Shown here: in pieces, positions 11,075-18,793 of the stretch | Layout: every line of letters starts with the position of its first letter | How positions within the stretch are numbered: the first letter of the stretch is position 1 | Source: Candidatus Omnitrophota bacterium | Lineage (GTDB): Bacteria > Omnitrophota > Gorgyraeia > 2-01-FULL-45-10 | NCBI GenBank assembly: GCA_030695905.1 | Contig: JAUYOL010000043.1 | Location: 998-64,997, forward strand | Length of the DNA stretch: 64,000 nt | Direction of reading: 5' to 3' | Position numbers and translations under genes: made by a program | The notes under the pieces: model-generated | The model's input: the letters and a program-made list of their open reading frames with translations, nothing else | What the model was told of the DNA's origin: nothing | Databases searched by the model: none

Positions 11075-11903
11075 TAAATTAAAAGTTATAATTAAATTTG
11101 CGGCATGCTTAGTGTTGTCTTTGATAGCGTATATTCCTACTATTTGGTGGATGATAGATAGGTGGTCGGCAAAAGAGTCTTATTATTCACATGGATTTTT
11201 GATCCCCATAATATCTGTATTTATAATGTGGCAGAAAAGAAGCGTTTTAGGCAAAATAAAAATATCCGGGAATATGCTGGGTCTATGGATTATCACATTA
11301 TGCCTATTAATCCATGTTGTATGCGCGGCTCTTCGGATATATTTTCTGTCGGGATTTACATTGATAATGCTGATTTATGGCATGGTTCTATTTTTCTTTG
11401 GCCTTGAGATGATCCGCAAGCTTACATTCCCGATACTTTTCCTGTTTGCGATGGTTCCGTTACCGCTTGCTATAATCGGCAATCTTACGGTCCAGCTCAA
11501 ACTTCTGGCTACTCAATTATCGGTTCTCACTCTTAATAAAATAGGGTTTCGTTGTATACAGGATGGCAGTTTTATAAGAATGCCGTCTTCGTTCATTGAG
11601 GTTGCGGCGCCATGCAGCGGTCTTCGCTCAATAATATCGCTTGTTACGCTGGGGCTGCTTTTTGCTTATGTTGTAAAAACATCATTTCTTAAGAAGAGCA
11701 TACTATTCTTATCGTCGTTTCCCATAGCTATAGCTACGAATGTAATGAGGATAACTATGGTTTCAATTGTTAATGATCTTTACGGGGGAAAGGTTGCTAT
11801 GGGTGTTTTTCATGATTTTACAGGGTTTCTGGTATTTGCGGCAGCGTTTCTCGGGCTCTTCGGAATTGCTCAACTTATAGGAGCGAAACAAATTGAAATT
11901 TGA
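11067..11903 (+). CDS. Exosortase (EpsH/Xrt family transpeptidase)
   Basis: An eight-TM protein with the conserved Cys/Arg active-site block VAAPCSGLRSIISL. A downstream Asn/Arg is also present. The locus contains PEP-CTERM proteins. Confidence 0.7.
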   Translation: MDNKLKVIIKFAACLVLSLIAYIPTIWWMIDRWSAKESYYSHGFLIPIISVFIMWQKRSVLGKIKISGNMLGLWIITLCLLIHVVCAALRIYFLSGFTLIMLIYGMVLFFFGLEMIRKLTFPILFLFAMVPLPLAIIGNLTVQLKLLATQLSVLTLNKIGFRCIQDGSFIRMPSSFIEVAAPCSGLRSIISLVTLGLLFAYVVKTSFLKKSILFLSSFPIAIATNVMRITMVSIVNDLYGGKVAMGVFHDFTGFLVFAAAFLGLFGIAQLIGAKQIEI

Positions 11904-12528
11904 TAAAAATACGATTGGATTTGTAGCGTTGATAGTTATGTTACTGGCGGCGAGCACGATCTCTTTGGGATTATTCAGCAGAGAGATGATCGCAAGCGAT
12001 AAGCTGGATGTGCATGCGTTTCCAATGGCGGTAGGGCAATGGCAGGGCAGGGAATTGCCTATCACGGAAAAAGAATATGATATACTGGAAACGCGAAATT
12101 TGATTTCGAGGGAATATACGAATCCTTCCGGAGATAAATTGTACCTGCTCATTATTTATTCCGAAACAAATAGGTCTGTGTTTCATCCTCCCGAGGTATG
12201 CATGATGGGGGGCGGGCTTACCATAACGGATAAACAGGTGGATAAAGTTGGGTTGGACAGCAAAGCATTCACGACAAATAAGATATTTGCCCAGAAGGGC
12301 CAGTTTAAAGAGATAATCCTTAACTCTTACAAGGCAGGCAATCTCCATACAAGCAATTTCTACCTCCAGCAAACGTATTTGGCACTTCACCAGATCTTCG
12401 GACGCAATGTTCCAGGCGCGACGCTTCGAGTTTCAATGGCTGTCGGACACAGCGAGCGCGCGGCATTAGCTACTCTCAAAGATTTCCTCAGTAAATCCGC
12501 CACCATACTTGATAAATTAAGCAGTTAA
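11893..12528 (+). CDS. Exosortase-associated EpsI-family protein (single N-terminal TM, periplasmic domain)
   Basis: Sits immediately downstream of and overlapping the exosortase gene. Has an N-terminal TM (IGFVALIVMLLAASTISLGLF). The conserved block VFHPPEVCMMGGG is reminiscent of the EpsI HxPExC motif. Confidence 0.5.
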   Translation: MKFDKNTIGFVALIVMLLAASTISLGLFSREMIASDKLDVHAFPMAVGQWQGRELPITEKEYDILETRNLISREYTNPSGDKLYLLIIYSETNRSVFHPPEVCMMGGGLTITDKQVDKVGLDSKAFTTNKIFAQKGQFKEIILNSYKAGNLHTSNFYLQQTYLALHQIFGRNVPGATLRVSMAVGHSERAALATLKDFLSKSATILDKLSS

Positions 12529-12574
12529 GCGCTGTCCATTCAACTCAACACGTTACCCAAGAAGTGTTGAATTT

Positions 12575-12602
12575 ATGACAATCACCTGTCAGGGATTGTC
12601 AT
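12575..12602. promoter_or_regulatory. Near-perfect 28-bp palindrome ATGACAATCAcctgtcaggGATTGTCAT, a candidate enhancer/UAS for a bEBP
   Basis: Seen directly in the sequence. Nine-bp arms flank an inner CCTG/CAGG palindrome. An extra TGTCAT half-site lies at 12607-12612. The centre lies about 125 bp upstream of the sigma-54 promoter. Confidence 0.4.
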
Positions 12603-12712
12603 AGTTTGTCATTGAACTTCATATAATGACTCCTACCTCGCATTCTAACTCATTGAACTGCAAGTAGTTACAGCTTAGTAATTTTACGAATTATTTATAC
12701 ATTAATGAAGAT

Positions 12713-12728
12713 TGGCACAGATATTGCT
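12713..12728 (+). promoter_or_regulatory. Sigma-54 (-24/-12) promoter TGGCACagataTTGCT
   Basis: Exact match to the TGGCAC-N5-TTGC consensus, with correct GG-N10-GC spacing. It sits upstream of the PEP-CTERM/sugar-transferase operon. A sigma-54 activator gene lies 4.7 kb downstream. Confidence 0.5.
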
Positions 12729-12752
12729 TATACAGTATGTGATGAAATAAAA

Positions 12753-12770
12753 GCCTGCCTACCGGCAGGC
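12753..12770 (+). repeat. GC-rich hairpin GCCTGCC-tacc-GGCAGGC in the 5' leader; copy 1 of a repeated palindromic element
   Basis: A 7-bp perfect stem followed by an AGGGAG RBS and TTTTTT. A near-identical 22-nt element lies at 35853-35876. Confidence 0.5.
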
Positions 12771-12784
12771 AGGGAGTGTTTTTT

Positions 12785-12901
12785 ATGAAGAAGATGATGG
12801 AGTCGTTAAAAGAGATTTTCGAAGAACTTAAACACGAGATAGATGTGTATATGACTATACAGAGATATGCCCGTCTTTCGAAGAAATACAAGAGCACATA
12901 A
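12785..12901 (+). CDS. Small upstream ORF (38 aa, MKKMMESLKEIFEELKHEIDVYMTIQRYARLSKKYKST)
   Basis: A strong RBS AGGGAG lies 8 nt upstream of the ATG. Its TAA stop is immediately followed, in the same frame, by ATG 12902. It is too short for the ORF track. Confidence 0.3.
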   Translation: MKKMMESLKEIFEELKHEIDVYMTIQRYARLSKKYKST

Positions 12902-13075
12902 ATGGCTGTAAGAAAAATAAAATCCGCAGCAAAATACATAGTCTACTTTGCTTTGCCGCCCTTGGTGCTTCTTTACGCCATAAACCTCTGTTATGCGCAG
13001 AGTGGCCACGAGGCTCGAGCGATAGTGCCCGAACCAAGCACTACGGCTCTTCTTGCCACCGGATTTATCGGGTAT

Positions 13076-13684
13076 ATGACAAGATTCGCCAGAAAGCATT
13101 TCCGCGAATTCAAGAGGATATTCGATAATGTTATAGCAGGTATGGGAATAGCTTTGGCAGCGCCTTTAATCCTATTTACAGCCGTTATCATTAAGGTGGT
13201 ATCACCAGGTCCGATATTCTATAAGCAAGAGAGGGTAGGGTGGGGTGGAAAGACGTTCTATATATATAAGTTAAGAACTATGCGCATAGACGCTGAAAAA
13301 AACACAGGTCCGATGTGGGCAAAAGAAGATGATCCGCGCCTGATAAGATTTGGCAAGCTTATCAGAAAGATGCATATAGATGAATTACCCCAATTATATA
13401 ACGTGCTAAAAGGCGAAATGAGTATTGTCGGCCCAAGGCCCGAGAGGCCCGTGTTTGTTGAGAAACTAAGTAAAGAAGTTATCGATTATCGGAAGAGAAT
13501 ACAGATAAGGCCCGGCATAACCGGCCTTGCTCAAGTATGGCACAGATATGACGAAACCATTGCTGATGTAAGGAAGAAAGTCAAATACGATCTCCTGTAT
13601 ATAAGAGAGATGTGTTTGATGGTTGATCTAAGAATTCTTTTGCGTACCGTAATAGTTGCTGCGTTAGGGAAAGGGGCAAGATAG
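13076..13684 (+). CDS. Undecaprenyl-phosphate sugar phosphotransferase (bacterial sugar transferase, EpsB/WbaP C-terminal-domain type), exosortase-system associated
   Basis: Motifs PGPIFYKQERVG, DELPQLYNVLKGEMSIVGPRPE and YDLLYI. The conservative start is at M59 (ATG 13076). The open frame extends upstream to ATG 12902 and encodes a signal peptide plus a PEP-CTERM-like segment (see findings). Confidence 0.7.
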   Translation: MTRFARKHFREFKRIFDNVIAGMGIALAAPLILFTAVIIKVVSPGPIFYKQERVGWGGKTFYIYKLRTMRIDAEKNTGPMWAKEDDPRLIRFGKLIRKMHIDELPQLYNVLKGEMSIVGPRPERPVFVEKLSKEVIDYRKRIQIRPGITGLAQVWHRYDETIADVRKKVKYDLLYIREMCLMVDLRILLRTVIVAALGKGAR

Positions 13685-13692
13685 GGAAGACT

Positions 13693-14391
13693 ATGAAAAA
13701 ACTAATATTTGCTTTTGTGTTAATGAGTATATTTGCTGCTCAAGCGTACGCAGACACTGCCGGCGGTCCGCATCTTTGGTTAAGCACAAATTCTAATCAA
13801 TTTAATGAAGGCGGGATCGGTTATGTAGGATCAACATCCGGCTGGAATGACGAAAGCTATGTCGCAAATAATATGCCGTTTACGATGTATTTATATAATA
13901 CGGCGCCAGAAAACAAAGGTACGGCTTATGATATAGGACTTATTGTGGCAGTTCATGGGGGTGATACCGATGGTAGCATTACGATAGCGGATGCATTTGG
14001 GGTGGAAGAAACGTTTACATATTCGGACTTTACGAGTACTAATCCATATCCAGGCGGAGGCCACGGCGTCTATGATGGCGGGAGCGATGGTATTTATGCA
14101 GTATTAAAGCCAAGCAATAGTATAGATCTTACTTATGATAATACTGGTAATGAGAATATAACGAGCACCGCTTCAAGTTGGACAAAATTTGTGGTAAAGA
14201 GTTCTTCTTTTTCAGAGGTCCACTTCGATGCCAGATCGTTTGGCGGAAGCAATGGTGTATTTTATAACCCTGCTTCACATGATGTAAATTGGCCTGGTGA
14301 CGGAGATCCGACCGTTCCGGAGCCGGCAACGCTGTCGCTCTTGGGGTTGGGATTGGCGGGGTTATTGAGATTTAGAAAAAGAAAAGTATAA
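13693..14391 (+). CDS. PEP-CTERM sorting-domain secreted protein
   Basis: N-terminal signal peptide MKKLIFAFVLMSIFAAQAYA. Gly/Asp/Thr-rich body. C-terminal VPEPATLSLLGLGLAGLLRFRKRKV, i.e. a PEP motif, a TM segment and a basic tail. Confidence 0.75.
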   Translation: MKKLIFAFVLMSIFAAQAYADTAGGPHLWLSTNSNQFNEGGIGYVGSTSGWNDESYVANNMPFTMYLYNTAPENKGTAYDIGLIVAVHGGDTDGSITIADAFGVEETFTYSDFTSTNPYPGGGHGVYDGGSDGIYAVLKPSNSIDLTYDNTGNENITSTASSWTKFVVKSSSFSEVHFDARSFGGSNGVFYNPASHDVNWPGDGDPTVPEPATLSLLGLGLAGLLRFRKRKV

Positions 14392-14428
14392 TTTTCAATA
14401 AAATTCAGTTATGAGAGGAGGTGAAATA

Positions 14429-15103
14429 ATGAAAAAAGTGTTATTAGTAGTAGCAGCTGTTATATTTCTAGCGGCAGGGAATGCATACGCAATCGTTCCC
14501 ACGATCGATGGCTTAATGACAAGCTTGACAGAATGGGATGGATCGCAGTTATTTGGCGGTGATTCAAACGAAGCCAGTATTTCCGATAGCTGGGATATAA
14601 AGAACATATTCATGAAAGTAGTGGCGGGTGACGGCTGGTACTTCAGGATGGATACATATGGAACGCCGACATTTTCCGGTGGACCGGGCTCTGAGGGTGA
14701 GGAAGCTGCATTCAAATTTTTTCTCGATATCAACAATGACGATACTAGCGATTATCTGATAGATTTGAATAATAGGAACTACACTGCTCTAGGAATAGTA
14801 TCCGTGTATACTGGAGAACCTGCATTCACAGAGTTAGGGATATTAGGCACCAGTAATGGTCTATCAAGTATAGTAGAGATGTATGTGCCCGATAGTCTAC
14901 TCTCAACGGATGTATTTTTTGACAATGTTGCTCTGAGTCCGTTTGGTCTGCGCGCGCGTCTCGATGGCAATGGAGATGAGCCGGACGATAGGTTGCCGGG
15001 GAGCGGCTACATCAAAACGCCCGAACCGGGCAGCGCTATGCTTCTTGGTATGGGGTTAATAGGGCTGGTTGGAAGGTTGTTTCGTAAAAAGGCTAAGGCA
15101 TAA
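14429..15103 (+). CDS. PEP-CTERM sorting-domain secreted protein
   Basis: RBS GGAGG before ATG 14429. Signal peptide MKKVLLVVAAVIFLAAGNAYA. C-terminal TPEPGSAMLLGMGLIGLVGRLFRKKAKA. Confidence 0.75.
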   Translation: MKKVLLVVAAVIFLAAGNAYAIVPTIDGLMTSLTEWDGSQLFGGDSNEASISDSWDIKNIFMKVVAGDGWYFRMDTYGTPTFSGGPGSEGEEAAFKFFLDINNDDTSDYLIDLNNRNYTALGIVSVYTGEPAFTELGILGTSNGLSSIVEMYVPDSLLSTDVFFDNVALSPFGLRARLDGNGDEPDDRLPGSGYIKTPEPGSAMLLGMGLIGLVGRLFRKKAKA

Positions 15104-15276
15104 TTCCGTATATAGCGTATAGTGCTTATAATGCAATACGCTATTACGGGAGGATGCTTGAACCAGTAAGCATGCTTATGTGGCGAGAGCATAAGGCCGA
15201 AAAGTGTTTTATGTTCTCCCACCGGACTTATAACTTATAATTACTTGGGGGAGAGTACTCTTTAGAAAAGAATTGA

Positions 15277-15308
15277 GGGGTAGGGATGTAAATTTCTACC
15301 CCTTTTTT
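15277..15308 (+). terminator. Rho-independent terminator (GGGGTAG...CTACCCC followed by TTTTTT) ending the PEP-CTERM operon
   Basis: A 7-bp GC-rich stem, a 13-nt loop and a T6 run, located 175 nt after the last PEP-CTERM gene. Confidence 0.5.
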
Positions 15309-15349
15309 CTTTACTTAGGCTATGCTTAGTATATAATATTGGGCTGACC

Positions 15350-16219
15350 ATGAAATACAATATTAGAAAAATCTGGATGGATTCTTTGGGCCTGATGATA
15401 AATCAGCCGATCATCATTATGCCATTTGTGTTAATAGCGTTTTTTGAGGCTCTTGCGCTGGAAGTAGTGTATTTTTCTACCAGACCCCCGATTCTGCCGA
15501 TAGCAGGCCCTGTAATAAAAAAATTGTTTGGAGAACAGTTTCTGCATTATCCGGCGTATCTTGTCAGTCTGTCGAAGTTATTTTATTATCTTCAAATAGT
15601 GATCTATATTATTGCCGGAGCGTTTCTCGTAGGTATTAGTGTAAATATTTTCAAGAATATCAAGGAGAAGCTTCCTGTAAGGGCCAAGGCCATGGTAAAA
15701 AACTCCTTAAAGAATTACGCATACTTTTTCGGCTATGCCCTTATTGTGGTATTCATGACATTCTTGCTAAAAAAGGTAGATGTCTATGTTTTTTCTAAAT
15801 TGTTTAAACTCGGATTGAAATTTTTGCCGCATATCCAGCCTCAAATTTATTCCATCTGCCTGATGATGGCTATATTTGTTTCAAATATTATCCTGCAGGC
15901 TTTTGTCATATTGACCATACCTATCATAGTCATAGATAAGATGCCGCTTTTAAAGGCATTTTTAAAAAGCATGTCCTTGGGTTTTCACAACTTCGGCGCG
16001 ATCATTGCGTTGATATTTTTACCTTTTTTAATATACCTGCCTATATCTGTTTTAAAAAGTGTTTCTGATGTTTTGATAAATAAAACCTTCCCGGAGATAA
16101 GCTTCTACATTACAGCCGCTGGAATAATAGCGTCAATATTTCTGGATTGTTTTATCATAATATGTATTTCACAGTTTTTGCTTATTAAGCAAAAAGAACC
16201 GCTTAAGAATACAGCATGA
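15350..16219 (+). CDS. Polytopic integral membrane protein of unknown function (about 8 predicted TM helices)
   Basis: The ORF is hydrophobic throughout and has no recognisable catalytic motif. An ATGA overlap with the downstream gene implies an operon. Confidence 0.4.
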   Translation: MKYNIRKIWMDSLGLMINQPIIIMPFVLIAFFEALALEVVYFSTRPPILPIAGPVIKKLFGEQFLHYPAYLVSLSKLFYYLQIVIYIIAGAFLVGISVNIFKNIKEKLPVRAKAMVKNSLKNYAYFFGYALIVVFMTFLLKKVDVYVFSKLFKLGLKFLPHIQPQIYSICLMMAIFVSNIILQAFVILTIPIIVIDKMPLLKAFLKSMSLGFHNFGAIIALIFLPFLIYLPISVLKSVSDVLINKTFPEISFYITAAGIIASIFLDCFIIICISQFLLIKQKEPLKNTA

Positions 16220-17091
16220 AGAAAATTATATTGATTTTAATATCGATTCTTGTGGCAATATTCGTTATCCTATCGGTCTTTGGGATGGGCGGTGAATACG
16301 AGGCAGAAAAATTGTTTTATCGGGCAATGAAGGTTAACTCAAAGATTACGATTAATCCTGATGTAGCTCCACCCGCGCTTCTTTTGGTCGTAGAGAATAA
16401 TCTTAATAAACTAATTACGAAATATCCAAAGGCCAATATAACAAAGACCGCTAACATAGCGCTTTTGGAATTCTATATAGCCCATAAAAACTATAACAAA
16501 GGCATGTCTTTGGCAGGCAGCATGATACAAACATATAAGGAAGATCTTTTCATCCTTAGCGTGGCTCAGTTCCTCAAGGGTGTTATATATGAGAAACAAA
16601 ATGATTGGTCACGTGCCCTTACAGAGTTTATTACGCTGCGGGATAAATATCCGAATACTCAGCTCGGCGTGCAGATACCTCTTTATATCGCAAAATACTA
16701 TGATACTAAGGGAGAGGACTCCAAGGCAATGGAAGCATATGGCCAGGCCCAGTCGTTCTACGAGAATATGGAGAAAGAATACGAAGGGAAGAATATGGGA
16801 TATATAGCTTCCGCTATGTTAATTCAAACATTTGTGAGCTCAAGAAATTATGAGAAAGCAGGAGCGTCTATAGAATATGCAATTGATAAATATTATAGCC
16901 AGATGGCTTTGGTTCAACTATTGCCGCTTGTGGAAAATATAATTGTTACAAAGCTGAAGAACTCCGAGAAGGCAGTAGATATCTATAATAATATTTTAGC
17001 GAAGTCGAAAGACGAAAAATTAAAAAAAGTTTTACAAAAAAGAATAGATGAGTTGACTGGCAAGGGTCCGGTTAGTGTTTCAAAAAGTTAG
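16216..17091 (+). CDS. N-terminally membrane-anchored alpha-helical (TPR-like) repeat protein, unknown function
   Basis: N-terminal TM IILILISILVAIFVILSVF followed by Y/A/K-rich helical repeats (AMEAYGQAQSFYENMEKEYEG). Confidence 0.35.
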   Translation: MKKIILILISILVAIFVILSVFGMGGEYEAEKLFYRAMKVNSKITINPDVAPPALLLVVENNLNKLITKYPKANITKTANIALLEFYIAHKNYNKGMSLAGSMIQTYKEDLFILSVAQFLKGVIYEKQNDWSRALTEFITLRDKYPNTQLGVQIPLYIAKYYDTKGEDSKAMEAYGQAQSFYENMEKEYEGKNMGYIASAMLIQTFVSSRNYEKAGASIEYAIDKYYSQMALVQLLPLVENIIVTKLKNSEKAVDIYNNILAKSKDEKLKKVLQKRIDELTGKGPVSVSKS

Positions 17092-17128
17092 AATCATTTC
17101 TCTTGCATAACATGATAAGTGTGATAAG

Positions 17129-17413
17129 ATGAGCAGGATTAGTAATACCGGCGAAAAAAATCGTTTTAAAAAATTGTCGTTGATGGGGAGAAAGTATAAC
17201 GGGATAATAAATGAAATATCTAATCCCATTGACGCGACAAATCGTTTTATAAATCTGGCTCTGCATAGTATTGGTGATAATTCGCAGGGACGGCAGTTTC
17301 TTCTGGAGTCGAAGCAGGGGATAAAGAAGACAGCAATGCTTCTCAAGAGACTGAACGATTATTCAAAAAAGATAGAGAGCGAGATTCGCGAAATGGTGGA
17401 CATGAATGAGTAA
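17129..17413 (+). CDS. Small hypothetical protein (94 aa), possibly co-translated with the downstream regulator
   Basis: Its stop overlaps the start of the sigma-54 activator gene (ATGAATGAGTAA). No SD and no recognisable domain. Confidence 0.2.
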   Translation: MSRISNTGEKNRFKKLSLMGRKYNGIINEISNPIDATNRFINLALHSIGDNSQGRQFLLESKQGIKKTAMLLKRLNDYSKKIESEIREMVDMNE

Positions 17414-18776
17414 ACCCCGCATTCTGATATTAAGCGAAGACAGACTTGACCAGAAGTCGCTTTATGAATTGATCCGCCACCATGGCTATGAGGCGGACAT
17501 CGCCAACTCTGCCGAAGAAGCCATCTCTTCACTCGAAGATAAGGTTTTTAACGTTATACTTGCCGATCTGGCTGCCGCAAAGAATGCCGAATCTATAAGG
17601 TCCATCAAATCCAAATCTCTTTCTACGGAAATAGTATTATTATCATCTTATGAAAACGTGCACGAAGAAATAAGCGGCCTTGTTTCCGATTGCCTTATAA
17701 GGCCGATTGAAGACAGAAAGATCATTAATTCAATAGAAAAAGCACTGCAGAAATTGCCACAGCAGAAAAGCAAGCCATCTTTTATTAAAAAATTTCTTCA
17801 TCCCCAAAACGATAATTTTTATGATCTGGTGGGCAAAGACCCATCCATGAAAGAAATATATTCTATAATAGAGCGCATATCCAGCACAAAAGCCACAATA
17901 TTATTGCGCGGAGAGAGCGGCACCGGCAAAAGAGTGATCGCTCGCGCTATCCATAAGGCTGATAAGAAAAGGCGCGATAAGCCCTTTATGGAAATATCCT
18001 GCGGCGCGCTCCCAAGAGAGATCATAGAAAGCGAGTTATTTGGCCATACAAAAGGGGCGTTTACAGGCGCTATAAATGACCGTAAAGGCCGCTTTGAACT
18101 TGCCCATGGCGGAACAGTGCTTTTGGACGATATAGATTCTTTTTCGCTGGATCTTCAGGTAAAACTATTAAGAGTGTTGCAGCATAAAGAATTCGAGCTC
18201 GTCGGTGACCACAAAACAATAAAAGTCGATGTCCGCTTTATAGTCTCCACGAATCAGGATCTGGAAAAATTGGTTGCGGAGAAAAAGTTCAGAGAAGACT
18301 TGTATTATCGCCTGAATGTAATATCGATACTTGTTCCACCCTTAAGGAAGCGCAAAGACGACCTGCCGCTATTAGTAGACCATCTTATAAACCTTTATTC
18401 CAAAGAAAATCATAAGAAGATAGAAGGTGTTTCAAAAGAGACGATGGATATTCTGATGAAATATGATTGGCCGGGTAATGTCAGGGAACTTGAAAATATA
18501 GTGGAGCGCGCAGTCATACTCGATACAGATAATATTATTGATAGTAACGATCTGCCGGGCATCCTTGTCAGGAACACGGTTCAGGCAGGTATTGCCGAAA
18601 GCGAAAATGCCGAATCGCTGAAAGACGCATTAAGAGAGCCTGAAAAAGTATATATACTTCAGGTGATGAAAGAGGTGAAGTGGAACAAGAAGAAGGCAGC
18701 AAAAAAATTAGGCGTGAACAGGACGACCCTGTATAATAAATTAAAAAAATATAATATTTTATCATCCCTTCAATAA
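17406..18776 (+). CDS. Sigma-54-dependent transcriptional activator (atypical receiver domain, AAA+ sigma-54 interaction domain, Fis-type HTH)
   Basis: Walker A GESGTGKRVIARAIH. GAFTGA loop motif (HTKGAFTGA). ELFGH. Arginine finger region. C-terminal HTH KKAAKKLGVNRTTLYNKLKKY. The receiver has SED in place of DD and LIRP in place of the K-P motif. Confidence 0.8.
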   Translation: MSKPRILILSEDRLDQKSLYELIRHHGYEADIANSAEEAISSLEDKVFNVILADLAAAKNAESIRSIKSKSLSTEIVLLSSYENVHEEISGLVSDCLIRPIEDRKIINSIEKALQKLPQQKSKPSFIKKFLHPQNDNFYDLVGKDPSMKEIYSIIERISSTKATILLRGESGTGKRVIARAIHKADKKRRDKPFMEISCGALPREIIESELFGHTKGAFTGAINDRKGRFELAHGGTVLLDDIDSFSLDLQVKLLRVLQHKEFELVGDHKTIKVDVRFIVSTNQDLEKLVAEKKFREDLYYRLNVISILVPPLRKRKDDLPLLVDHLINLYSKENHKKIEGVSKETMDILMKYDWPGNVRELENIVERAVILDTDNIIDSNDLPGILVRNTVQAGIAESENAESLKDALREPEKVYILQVMKEVKWNKKKAAKKLGVNRTTLYNKLKKYNILSSLQ

Positions 18777-18793
18777 ATTAGGCTTAATAATTA

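Noticed and set aside
12753-12786. Hairpin plus T-run read as the intrinsic terminator of the EpsI gene
   Set aside because: The T-run is separated from the stem by 8 nt that form an AGGGAG RBS for a downstream ATG. The element also lies downstream of a perfect sigma-54 promoter, so a leader hairpin is more likely. Weak terminator activity is not excluded.
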